The position numbers and the translations under genes are program-made. Positions 9,569 through 19,057 of a DNA stretch of 64,000 bases are shown here, piece after piece. The DNA is from Calditrichia bacterium. GTDB lineage: Bacteria; Calditrichota; Calditrichia; RBG-13-44-9; J075. How positions within the stretch are numbered: position 1 is the stretch's first letter; every line of letters starts with the position of its first letter. The notes beneath the pieces were generated by a model. That model saw only the letters and a list, made by a program, of their open reading frames with translations. It ran no database searches and was not told where the DNA came from. The stretch lies in assembly GCA_050633245.1 (NCBI GenBank), contig JBOEGD010000026.1:34358-98357 (forward strand). Direction: 5' to 3'.

Positions 9569-10020
9569 TTGTTCTCCTCCCTGCGCGTTTGACTGTTCTC
9601 TTCCAGAATGGCCACCGTAAAACCGGCGTCTCTTAAGCGGGTGATGTGCAGGTCGTACGCCTGTGCAACTGCTTTGTTTTCCTCAACATCCCACAGGTCA
9701 ATTCCCATGTCAACGATGGTTTGGACAGATGTCGAATCCTGAAGTTGAATTTCAACGACGCGCTGTATCAAATCTGCTTCATTTAGCTGCACGGTGTTAA
9801 CGGCCTGCACGGCCTGCATGCCGTCGATGCGAATAATAATGTAATCGGGTTGCTTTACCAGAATTTCAGCTCCGGCATTGGTCAACTTTTCAATCGTTGC
9901 TGCATCGGCCGTCGGAACTTTACGCAGGCCTTTGCCGGTTGAAAGTGCTTCAACGGGTTCGGGGGTAGCGCATCCGGTAAGGAAGGCAACAATTAAAAAA
10001 ATACTGAAGAATATTCTCAT
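9565..10020 (-). CDS. Lipoprotein with two M14 propeptide-like modules
   Basis: Start MRIFFSI (SD GAGGG), lipobox LTGC; GIDLWD...LRDAGFTVAILEE pattern; ATGA overlap with the carboxypeptidase. Confidence 0.65.
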   Translation of the reverse strand: MRIFFSIFLIVAFLTGCATPEPVEALSTGKGLRKVPTADAATIEKLTNAGAEILVKQPDYIIIRIDGMQAVQAVNTVQLNEADLIQRVVEIQLQDSTSVQTIVDMGIDLWDVEENKAVAQAYDLHITRLRDAGFTVAILEENSQTRREENK

Positions 10021-10111
10021 GCGGTGACCCTCAGATGTGTGAATACGGGTGTATAAAACTAAAAACGCCGAATGCTGATGCATTCGGCGTTGAAAAAGAG
10101 TAGGGTGAATT

Positions 10112-11245
10112 CTATTCTGCGTAGACTTCAAATTCTTTGTCTGTAGAAAAGCGACGTGTGTTTTTGTTGGTCGTTTTTGTCGTTTTTTTCTTCACTGTTT
10201 TCGCGATTTCCTTTTCCTGCGTTTCGCGATTGTATACCAGGAAGTCTCTCTTCTCCGGGTCGATCTTTACTTCCACTTTTCCAAAGCGCCAGATGCCAGA
10301 GTAGGTGCGACCACCGTTGGTTGATTCAACTTCAATGTCGATAAGCTGGTAACCATTACGCTCGAACGTTTTTCGCTTGGAATTAAAACCATTCCAGTTG
10401 TCTTCCAGCCAAAGCTTGTGGTTGTCATCGCCATCACGCCAGATGCCGAGGTGTTTTCTGCTATTGCCCTCACCTGTATAAATTTCCATATCGACCAGCC
10501 TGAGGTTATTTGTGTTGTAATCTTTCCATTTCGCCACAAATTCATCTTCAGAGGAAGCCTTCCAAATGCGTTCATCATCTGATGCTTCTTCCCACACTGC
10601 TGCATATCGTAGATCACCCTTATAGCTATAAGGCTCCACGTCCAGCAGGCGATAGCCGCGTTCACTGAGATCACGCTGAAGTTCAAGAAAGGTTACCCAG
10701 TTAAAGTTCGCGCGAAAAATGTGTGGCTTCGAGCTTTTACGCCACAAGCCGAGAATCTGTCGATCACCGTCGTCCTGATAAATTTCCAGGTCAATAAGAC
10801 GATAGTCATCACCGGCATTGTCATCCCATTTATCCTGAAAGTCTGTCCAGCTACCGGTTTTCCACAGGCGATCATCGTCGCTGCCTTCAAACCAGACGGC
10901 TGCATAACGAACGCTGCGTCCAACAAGATAAGGTTCGACGTCTACGAGTTGAAGATCACCACGCTGTAGGCTCGTTCGCTTCGAATTAAGTTCGCTCCAT
11001 GAGAGGTCGGTCCAGGTTTCGCTGACGTTGTCGCCACCGCCGCCGGTGTCATCGCCAGTATCATTCCCATTGTCGCCGCCGGTATCATCTCCGGGCACAG
11101 TGGTGTCGCTACCGCCGTCATCATCATTTGGTGTGCGTAGTGGTTTACAGCTTTCGAGAGCCACCATCAAAACAAGCAGAGTGAGTCCAAGTGCCAAAAT
11201 ACGACGTATTGCCGACACAAGTGTGGCTGGTGAGGTCTGTTTCAC
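10112..11245 (-). CDS. Lipoprotein of five polyglycine-hydrolase-like (BTRD1) repeats with D/G/T-rich linker
   Basis: Lipobox LESC; ~50-aa repeats W..F......GYRLxDxExY...RYAAVW. Confidence 0.75.
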   Translation of the reverse strand: MKQTSPATLVSAIRRILALGLTLLVLMVALESCKPLRTPNDDDGGSDTTVPGDDTGGDNGNDTGDDTGGGGDNVSETWTDLSWSELNSKRTSLQRGDLQLVDVEPYLVGRSVRYAAVWFEGSDDDRLWKTGSWTDFQDKWDDNAGDDYRLIDLEIYQDDGDRQILGLWRKSSKPHIFRANFNWVTFLELQRDLSERGYRLLDVEPYSYKGDLRYAAVWEEASDDERIWKASSEDEFVAKWKDYNTNNLRLVDMEIYTGEGNSRKHLGIWRDGDDNHKLWLEDNWNGFNSKRKTFERNGYQLIDIEVESTNGGRTYSGIWRFGKVEVKIDPEKRDFLVYNRETQEKEIAKTVKKKTTKTTNKNTRRFSTDKEFEVYAE

Positions 11246-11478
11246 GATTCAGTCTCCTACGGGCGCATGCCTAATTTGTACATGTTAGCGTCATTTTCAC
11301 TGTGAAAAATCAGCGAAAAACACAAAACTCTGATAATCGAGCTAAACAATTTATCTTTTAGGATTTAGCATCTGTCGCAATTATACGGATAATTCTTAAA
11401 AAAATCCACCAAAAAATAAGAGTTAAAGATTCGCTATAGTCTTTATTTCTCTTGGTTTATGGTAGATTTTATGTCCGT

Positions 11479-12510
11479 TTAGTTTTGCTGCCAGACGCCG
11501 CTGTAGCGTAGGCTGCCGGTATGGACGTCAACTTCCAAGTCTACAAGTCGAAGCCGCTGGCGACTGTATTCGCGATGTTTCTCTCGGAAGCCATCCCAAT
11601 CATCTCCCATCCAGAGGCGATAACTTCCGGATTTTCTATGGAAGATACCAGCATATTTACGGCGTCCGTCTTCAACAAAAATTTCCAGATTATAGAGGCG
11701 ATAACCATCTCCGGCAAATTCTTTCCATTTGTCCTGAAATTCACTTTTAGAACTGGTTTTCCATATTTTATCCGAAGAGCTGCTCGGCTCCCACACTGCG
11801 GCATATCGAACGGCACCATTTACAACATAGGGCTCCAGATCAATAGTGCGATAACCGTCGTTGCGCGCGGTTCTTTGATGACCGACGAATGTTTCCCAGT
11901 CCATATTTGCGCGAAAAAGGTGAGTTTTGCTGCTGCGTTTCCATACGCCTACGATATGATTGCTGCCATTTTCCGGATAAACTTCCAAATCGATGAGACG
12001 AAACCCCTGTCGACCGAACTCTTCCCATTTGTTGCGCATGTCGCTCCAGCTCCCGGTGTTCCAGATAGGGCGTCGGTTTTGATCTTTATGCCAGATTCCG
12101 GCATAGACATTTTTGCCATTGCGACGATAGACCTCAACATTGGCTAGTCGCAGATTATCTCTCGCAAACTCTTCTCTTTTTTGAAGAAACGAATTCCATC
12201 CGGAGTTGACCCATATCGCATAGGAACCGACGGGGCCACCGCTGTTAAAGCGCGGATTATCTTCCTCGATAATAAACTCACCAATCGGACTGTTCTTGTC
12301 TACGACCTCTCCAACATTGGTTGTTGGTGTGCCTTTTCCAACTTCACCTTTTCCGGCCTGTTTACTGTCTTCCAGGCCAATGGAGTCGTGCGGATTGATG
12401 ATTCTTGGCGCACTACACGCCGAATACGTGAATACTGCGAAGCAAATTGCGATGGAACTAAATCGCAGAAAGTTAGCGAACGATGCGGGTCGTTGCGACG
12501 GGTGATGCAT
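11479..12510 (-). CDS. Paralogous lipoprotein of five BTRD1 repeats
   Basis: Lipobox YSAC; same repeats, shared HxFRANxxW and IWKTxS segments with the neighbour. Confidence 0.75.
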   Translation of the reverse strand: MHHPSQRPASFANFLRFSSIAICFAVFTYSACSAPRIINPHDSIGLEDSKQAGKGEVGKGTPTTNVGEVVDKNSPIGEFIIEEDNPRFNSGGPVGSYAIWVNSGWNSFLQKREEFARDNLRLANVEVYRRNGKNVYAGIWHKDQNRRPIWNTGSWSDMRNKWEEFGRQGFRLIDLEVYPENGSNHIVGVWKRSSKTHLFRANMDWETFVGHQRTARNDGYRTIDLEPYVVNGAVRYAAVWEPSSSSDKIWKTSSKSEFQDKWKEFAGDGYRLYNLEIFVEDGRRKYAGIFHRKSGSYRLWMGDDWDGFREKHREYSRQRLRLVDLEVDVHTGSLRYSGVWQQN

Positions 12511-12702
12511 AAGAGACCTCCTCCAGTTTTGTCTTCCGGCTTATTCCCTCCATCCGGCAATACGATCTCTTCAATCAATATACATAATCTAATGCTTTTT
12601 CTAAAGAACGCATTTTCGTAAAGATTTGCAACGGTTTGATATGTCGTTTGTAAGTGAGATATTTCAGCATTCAACCAAATTGCTAAAAATGGAGAACATG
12701 AT

Positions 12703-13479
12703 ATGTGGCGATTGATTTTACCTGTTTTCTTTGCATTACTGGTCTTTGTCGCTTGTAATAATCACAATGCAGAGAACCATTATGCTGAGGGTGAGCATAG
12801 CGAGGCGCATGGTGAACACGACGGGGACCTGAGTGATGAGCATGATGGTGATCCTGCGGATGAACACGATGGGCATAATCATAATCATGATGACGATGCC
12901 AACGCGCATATGCATAAGACACCCTTCGAAGAACTGGTAAAGCGTTTTGAAGAGCCTGGACGCGACGATTGGCAACAGCCGAAAAAGGTGGTGGCTATGA
13001 TGGGCAACCTGGCAGGAAAGACGGTTGCTGATATTGGTGTTGGAACCGGGTTCTTTGCATTTCCTTTGGCAGAAGCCGGGGCGAAGGTGATTGCTATTGA
13101 TATTGATCAGCGCTTTCTTGACTACGTAGATGCAAAGAAGAATAAGATGGAAAGCCAACCGGCGATTGAACTGCGTTTGGCAAAAGAAGATGATCCTCTG
13201 CTGAAAAAGGACGAAGCTGACCACGCAATTATTGTGAACACCTACCATCATATTCACAATCGAAAAGCTTATTTCGCCGGCGTACGCAACGATTTAAAAG
13301 AAGGCGGCTCGCTGTGGGTCGTAGATTTTCGCAAAAAAGAACTGCCGATGGGGCCGCCGGTTGAAATGAAAATGAGTGCCGAGACGGTTGAAAAGGAACT
13401 ATTAGCCGCCGGTTATAGCAAGGTTACAATTGATCGCAGCTCGTTGGCTTATCAGTATATCGTGGTTGCAGAAAAATAA
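12703..13479 (+). CDS. SAM-dependent methyltransferase lipoprotein with His/Asp-rich N-terminal tract
   Basis: Lipobox FVAC; EHDG x3 and HNHNH; VADIGVGTG; VNTYHHI. Confidence 0.85.
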   Translation: MWRLILPVFFALLVFVACNNHNAENHYAEGEHSEAHGEHDGDLSDEHDGDPADEHDGHNHNHDDDANAHMHKTPFEELVKRFEEPGRDDWQQPKKVVAMMGNLAGKTVADIGVGTGFFAFPLAEAGAKVIAIDIDQRFLDYVDAKKNKMESQPAIELRLAKEDDPLLKKDEADHAIIVNTYHHIHNRKAYFAGVRNDLKEGGSLWVVDFRKKELPMGPPVEMKMSAETVEKELLAAGYSKVTIDRSSLAYQYIVVAEK

Positions 13480-13493
13480 TCCCATCTGTACTG

Positions 13494-13535
13494 CCGTATT
13501 GTAGAGCCGCAATGCATTGCGGCTCTACAATACGG
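13494..13535. repeat. Perfect 42-bp palindrome with GTAG-type REP core GTAGAGCCGCAATGCATTGCGGCTCTAC
   Basis: ccgtattgtagagccgcaatg|cattgcggctctacaatacgg, between convergent genes. Confidence 0.85.
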
Positions 13536-13537
13536 AA

Positions 13538-14971
13538 TCATCTTGCCAATATCATTTGTCTTGTAATGCTGTAACTTTGTTGACCAGATGATACATCCAA
13601 TCGATAAAAATAGCTGCCGCTTGGAAGCGCATTGCCGTTTGAGTCGCGTGCATCCCAGACGGCGCTATGTACTCCGGCCGATTGCCTTTGCTGTGTGAGA
13701 ATCTGGAGTTGCTGTCCCAGCGTATTAAAAACGCTCAGTTTGATGTCCGCACCCGCAACCAACTCATATTCGATTGTTGTCGATGGATTAAATGGATTGG
13801 GATAATTCTGCTCCAAAATGACCGTTTCAATCTGAGTATTCTGCTCATCTTCGACACCGGTAATGTTGCGATTCAATTTTAGAACCGTCAGGTCTCCATT
13901 GAAGTTACTGGTGTACACGTAGTCACTCTCAGGCGTGAGATACGCTCCCCAGCAACCCCAAAATCCCGGTGAGTCGTTGCGCGGATAGGTATCGTAGCTG
14001 GCGACTTCTTCCATATTTAATGGATCACTAATATCGACAACAGACACGCCGTATGCATAATGTGAAATTACCGCAAGGTCTCCCCAAATGTGGGCATTAT
14101 GCGCAATGTTATTGGGTGCGAGGTATTCATCTGCCAAAACGATATTTGAAAGATCCGAGATATCCCACAATTTCACGGTTCGATTGTTAGTTTCCTCTGT
14201 GGTCATCAAATAGCGTCCATCGTCAGTTGGCCAGGCATTGTGGCCGTAGCCACCTGTCGGCGACACGATGCGATTAATGAAGACCGGGTTTTGTTTATCC
14301 GTAGCATCCCAAATCGAAAAGGCACTATTGGTACCTTCTGACACATACAGCGTATCGTTGCGCGCATAGACATCGTGGGTCAGTGTGTTTGAGGTTGGCG
14401 TAATAAGCAGATTGACATCGACAGGATTTACCGGATCGGCAAGATCTACAAAGCGGACGCCGCGCGCGTTCTGTGAAATAATATAGGCGAATCCCTTGTT
14501 CACATCGATGTGCATATTATGTGAGCGAATATTTGAGCCGGTTTCATAGGTGTTCACCAGGCTAACACTATCGGGCAATGTTGACATGTCCATGATCATG
14601 AGTCCGCGAACTGTGCCACTCATCTCGCTAACGGCATAGGCGTACTGACCATAGGTCTGTATATCGCGATGGTAATAGCAGTCGCCAAGTGATGGTCCGG
14701 TAATTACATCAATAATCTGCATTTCCGGAACCTTTACAAAGGCAACCCCGGTCGTAACACCCATTATAGCGTATTCGCTGCCATCGGGTGCAGTATACCC
14801 CCAAACGTCCGAACCGCCGGTGGTATCTGTGCCTGCACAATTTGTGCGCAGCGCAGTAAAGTTCACTTTCCCTACTAAGTCCAGGCTATAGCTTTTCTGC
14901 GCCTGAGCCGAGAGAGAAAAAATTAGTATGAATAGAAGAGCCTTGAAATATAGTTGTAGTAAACGCTTCAT
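13538..14971 (-). CDS. Choice-of-anchor B / LVIVD-repeat secreted protein with FlgD-Ig/Por-type C-terminal domain
   Basis: SDVWGY, HNAW, LMTTEE, WGAY motifs; QNYPNPFNP tail; signal peptide. Confidence 0.8.
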   Translation of the reverse strand: MKRLLQLYFKALLFILIFSLSAQAQKSYSLDLVGKVNFTALRTNCAGTDTTGGSDVWGYTAPDGSEYAIMGVTTGVAFVKVPEMQIIDVITGPSLGDCYYHRDIQTYGQYAYAVSEMSGTVRGLMIMDMSTLPDSVSLVNTYETGSNIRSHNMHIDVNKGFAYIISQNARGVRFVDLADPVNPVDVNLLITPTSNTLTHDVYARNDTLYVSEGTNSAFSIWDATDKQNPVFINRIVSPTGGYGHNAWPTDDGRYLMTTEETNNRTVKLWDISDLSNIVLADEYLAPNNIAHNAHIWGDLAVISHYAYGVSVVDISDPLNMEEVASYDTYPRNDSPGFWGCWGAYLTPESDYVYTSNFNGDLTVLKLNRNITGVEDEQNTQIETVILEQNYPNPFNPSTTIEYELVAGADIKLSVFNTLGQQLQILTQQRQSAGVHSAVWDARDSNGNALPSGSYFYRLDVSSGQQSYSITRQMILAR

Positions 14972-15467
14972 ATTTGCCCCTAATTATTGTGATATCGTAA
15001 AAAGTAATTGAATTTCATGTTCGTTATTTTCATTCCCGCTTGTGCCGTTATTTGGATATACCAAAATTATGGTTATTTTTATATATGGGATATGAATTGG
15101 CTTACCATAACTGGGAATGGTTACGTCAATATTCAATCAATTAGCTTTAATGTCAATGTTTTGCCTGATATTTGTGGTTTTTTCGGTAAATTACCGAGGA
15201 CTATTTCAGTGCAGCATTGGGCTATTTAATTTGTGTTAAGAATTGATTTCATCATTTGTTGAGCAAAATCAACACAAAAGTGACAGGTGTCAATACTTTG
15301 TCTAGCATAGCACTGGAGGGGATGCCTTAAAAATCATTCCGCTATTTCACCGATGTGGCCTCGCATCAGGTTCTTTCAAACACAATTATTCCCATTAAGT
15401 TTTGCCCATGCAAACCCGATTATGGTTTGTGACAGGGCCGTTTGTTCAATTTACCCAGGGAGGGGTT

Positions 15468-15671
15468 ATGAGCTTCAAGGAGCTATTTATGTTATTTAAT
15501 CGAGCCGTTACCATCGAAGTACCCAAAATCACTCATGAAACAAGAACCGGTATTCTTATTGAACACAATAGTATGAATGCCTGGCTTCCCAAAGCCAAAG
15601 TTACTATTGAGCAGTTAGATGATTGCGTGCGAGTAAAGTTGCCTCGCCGTCTCTACAAGAAAAAGTTCTAA
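15468..15671 (+). CDS. Small hypothetical protein (67 aa, HET...AWLPK motif)
   Basis: Strong SD GGGAGGGG before ATG 15468. Confidence 0.6.
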   Translation: MSFKELFMLFNRAVTIEVPKITHETRTGILIEHNSMNAWLPKAKVTIEQLDDCVRVKLPRRLYKKKF

Positions 15672-15876
15672 ATACAGGTATTCTATCGAGTTCTTACGCT
15701 ACTATAATATTACTATTCCTTTTCTCGGCTGCCATTGCCAACTAATTTTCGTGCGTCCCAACGCATGCCGGTAGAGCTGCGCCCTCTCGAACCTAAAATT
15801 ACTTTTTATTTCCTCTTTCTGCTGTTACATTGTAACCCCGATAACGAAACCTGAATCCAATAACATATGTGGACTG

Positions 15877-16485
15877 ATGATTAAGGATAAAGCTCTTCAA
15901 AAAAGCCATGTGCTACAGTTGGTCGAGAAAACAAAGCAGGGCGATGAACAGGCATTTACCGAGTTGGTAACGATATATAGCGATCGCGTTTATAATCTCG
16001 CCCTAAGGATTCTGCGCAAGCAGGATGATGCTGCCGATATTTTACAAGAAACCTTTATTAAGGTTTATGAGAAAATAAATACGTTCGATGGTAGAGCCGA
16101 TTTTTTTACCTGGCTATATCGTATTGCAACGAACCTGAGTCTGATGAAGTTGCGCAAGGAAAAGCGCACGGTGGTCACGGATAAGGACCTGGAGGAACAT
16201 TTCGATCGTCCGGATAGCGTCGAAATTCAGAAATGGCGCGATATTCCACTCGAAAGTATGTTGTCTGCGGAGTTTCGTCTGCACTTGGATAGGGCTGTAG
16301 ACTCGCTGTCAGAAATTTATCGCTCGGTATTTGTTTTACGCGATCTTGAAGGTCTTTCAATAAAAGAAACCAGCAAGATTCTCAACATTACCGAAACAAA
16401 TGTAAAAGTAAGATTAAAACGTGCACGCATGTTCTTACGAGAAAAACTAGCAGGCTATATGAGTGAATTGGTAAAGGAAGCGTAG
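15877..16485 (+). CDS. ECF (RpoE-like) sigma-70 factor
   Basis: GDEQAF, DAADILQETF, TWLYRIATN, NVKVRLKRAR. Confidence 0.93.
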   Translation: MIKDKALQKSHVLQLVEKTKQGDEQAFTELVTIYSDRVYNLALRILRKQDDAADILQETFIKVYEKINTFDGRADFFTWLYRIATNLSLMKLRKEKRTVVTDKDLEEHFDRPDSVEIQKWRDIPLESMLSAEFRLHLDRAVDSLSEIYRSVFVLRDLEGLSIKETSKILNITETNVKVRLKRARMFLREKLAGYMSELVKEA

Positions 16486-16487
16486 CG

Positions 16488-16742
16488 ATGTCAAAATCTG
16501 AAAAAATGAAGTTTGATCCCTCTGCTATTGATGAGCTTTGTAACTATCTCGGCTATGAACTCGATGGAAATATGTGTCAGGAACTAAGAGACTTTATCGA
16601 AACGTGTCCTGAATGGCGCGATTACATCTCTTCCGTTGAAAGTACGGTAAAAATTTGCAAAAAATTACACGAGCAGGCACCTGTCCCGGATCAGGTAAAA
16701 TCTGAGCTCCTTCAAAAGATAAAGCGCGTTTGTAAAAAATAA
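16488..16742 (+). CDS. Small soluble anti-sigma factor, degenerate zf-HC2/ZAS
   Basis: 2 nt after sigma; LCNYLGYELD..MC..LRDFIETCPEW. Confidence 0.7.
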   Translation: MSKSEKMKFDPSAIDELCNYLGYELDGNMCQELRDFIETCPEWRDYISSVESTVKICKKLHEQAPVPDQVKSELLQKIKRVCKK

Positions 16743-16856
16743 GCTGCTTTAACCGCCCTTTTCTCCCTTCTTAAGAAACTTCTTTCGATTTTGCAAAGGA
16801 CACAGCATATTTTATGCTGTGATCTACTTGTATGCTTTCCAAATGAGGAGTCTCCG

Positions 16857-19052
16857 ATGAATTTTCGTGCAATGGTTTTACTGTCGTTCTGTGCCGCTTT
16901 TCTAGCCTCTGGCTTATTCGCTCAGGATTCCACTTCCCCCACAAAAAAAGAAAAGAAAATGCTGACGGTTGAAGAGGCAAACAAATTGGCTTTTGCCGGC
17001 TTTTTTCGTCTTCCCAGAAGTGTGAAATGGCTACCTAAAGGACAACGCTCCAGCCATGTCAAAACAGATCGTAAGACTCGCAGCCAACAGCTATGGAAAA
17101 TGGATGCCGCATCTGGCAAAGAGGTAATGATTCTATCCAGTGATGATTTGAAAAAAGACGAAGATACTGCCGGACCTTCTTTTAACAACTATAGCTGGGA
17201 GCCCGATGGCAACGGCATCGTGTTTCAGGATGGCAATACCATCTGGCGATATCGCTTTGGCCAGAAGAGGCTGATTCAGGTGATATCAAGTGAAACCGAT
17301 ATCGAGTTGATGCAGATGTCGCCTACTGGAAAGCATATTGCCTTTGTCGATGCCGGAGATTTATATGTGGTCGACCTTGAGGGCAACAAAACCCGTCTGA
17401 CAACTGATGGTTCCGATATGGTATTGAACGGCAAGCTGGATTGGGTTTATCAGGAAGAGCTTGTCGGAAGAGGGCAGTTTAGTGCTTATCTATGGTCTCC
17501 GGATGGAAAACATATTGCCTATTTACAATTTGATCAGGAACCGGTTCCGCATTATCCTCTGGTAAACTGGGATCCATATCGTGCTGAAGTAGACATGATG
17601 CGCTATCCGAAAGCCGGTGATCCAAATTCAATTGTTAAACTGGGCGTTGTGTCTGTCGGCGGTGGGGAAACAAGCTGGATAGATAGCAATGCCGAAAATG
17701 ATGCCTATTTCCCACGACTGTACTGGCTTCCTTCATCTAAAAAAGTTGCATATTTTCGCCTCGATCGGCGACAGAAGAACCTCGAATTTGTTTTTGCATC
17801 CACCAATGGCAAAAAAAAGACTGTCGTGCTAAAGGAAAGCGATCCGCACTGGATAAATTTGAACGACTTTGTTCACTTTTTTGAAAAGAAAGATCAGTTT
17901 TTATGGAGCTCCGAGCGTAGCGGTTACAACCACCTCTACCTTTATGATTATAGCGGTAAGATGGTTAAGCAGCTGACATCCGGAGACTGGCTTGTTGATA
18001 AGCTTGCTGCTGTAAATGAAAAGCGCGGTGAGGTTTACTTTACCTCGACCAAAGCCGATGTTCGTGAACGTCATCTGTATAAGGTAAAGACGAATGGCAA
18101 GGGTTTAAAGCAGTTGACCAAAGCCAAAGGTGTTCACCGTATTAACATGGACAAGGCTGGAGAATACTACCTTGGCTCATTTAGCAATACAAGCACCGGC
18201 ACAGAAATGCGCAGCTATACTCGCGAAGGCAAACTGACACACACGCTGGTTGAAGCCGATAATTCACTCGAAGAAACGTATCATCTTAGTAAGCTGGAAT
18301 TAATTACATTCAAAGGGGATAACGGCTTTACCTATTATGCGAATATTCTTAAACCGATAAACTTTGACCCGAACAAAAAATATCCGGTTCTTATCTCTAC
18401 TTACGGTGGCCCGCATGCGCAGGTGGTGCAAAACAATGGGCGAGGGAATCTCTGGCATCACATGCTGGCGCAGAAAGGCTATATTGTTTTTAGTATGGAT
18501 AATCGTGGTGCTGCAGGGCGAGGCCACGAGTGGGAAACGCCGATACATGAGCAGATGGGTAAAATTGAATTGGAAGATCAGCTGCGTGGCGTTGCTTATT
18601 TAAAATCTCTTCCCTACGTCGATGGTGACCGTCTTGGCATTTGGGGCTGGAGCTATGGAGGTTATATGACGCTGTATGCAATGACGCACTCCGATGTTTT
18701 TAGGGCCGGAATATCGGTCGCGCCGGTAACGGATTGGCGCAATTATGATACTGCTTATACTGAACGATATATGGGACTCCCCTCTGAGAATGAAGATGGC
18801 TATCGCGATAGCGCACCGGTAAATGCTGCCGAAAATTTGAGTGGGCGGCTCTTGCTGGTTCATGGTACGGGCGATGATAATGTACATATGCAAAACGCTG
18901 TGCATATGACGGATAAGCTGGTTGACGCCGGTAAACAGTTCGATCAGATGTTTTATCCAAATCAAAAACACGGTATTCGCAATGATCGTAATCATCTCTT
19001 TAAAAAAATGACAGAATTTCTGGAGATGTATTTGCCACTGAATAAGGATTAG
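16857..19052 (+). CDS. Dipeptidyl peptidase IV (S9B)
   Basis: DWVYQEE, YPKAGD, GWSYGG, HGTGDDNVH, C-terminal His; start MNFRAM after SD GAGGAG. Confidence 0.93.
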   Translation: MNFRAMVLLSFCAAFLASGLFAQDSTSPTKKEKKMLTVEEANKLAFAGFFRLPRSVKWLPKGQRSSHVKTDRKTRSQQLWKMDAASGKEVMILSSDDLKKDEDTAGPSFNNYSWEPDGNGIVFQDGNTIWRYRFGQKRLIQVISSETDIELMQMSPTGKHIAFVDAGDLYVVDLEGNKTRLTTDGSDMVLNGKLDWVYQEELVGRGQFSAYLWSPDGKHIAYLQFDQEPVPHYPLVNWDPYRAEVDMMRYPKAGDPNSIVKLGVVSVGGGETSWIDSNAENDAYFPRLYWLPSSKKVAYFRLDRRQKNLEFVFASTNGKKKTVVLKESDPHWINLNDFVHFFEKKDQFLWSSERSGYNHLYLYDYSGKMVKQLTSGDWLVDKLAAVNEKRGEVYFTSTKADVRERHLYKVKTNGKGLKQLTKAKGVHRINMDKAGEYYLGSFSNTSTGTEMRSYTREGKLTHTLVEADNSLEETYHLSKLELITFKGDNGFTYYANILKPINFDPNKKYPVLISTYGGPHAQVVQNNGRGNLWHHMLAQKGYIVFSMDNRGAAGRGHEWETPIHEQMGKIELEDQLRGVAYLKSLPYVDGDRLGIWGWSYGGYMTLYAMTHSDVFRAGISVAPVTDWRNYDTAYTERYMGLPSENEDGYRDSAPVNAAENLSGRLLLVHGTGDDNVHMQNAVHMTDKLVDAGKQFDQMFYPNQKHGIRNDRNHLFKKMTEFLEMYLPLNKD

Positions 19053-19057
19053 TCTTA

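Noticed and set aside
15008-15229. 73-aa TTG-start ORF
   Set aside because: AT-rich promoter DNA, no SD, no recognisable motif
15240-15467. c-di-GMP or other riboswitch (GCAAACC, GGGCAAAAC seen)
   Set aside because: Required downstream GNRA loop and GACGCAAAG-type elements not found on either strand
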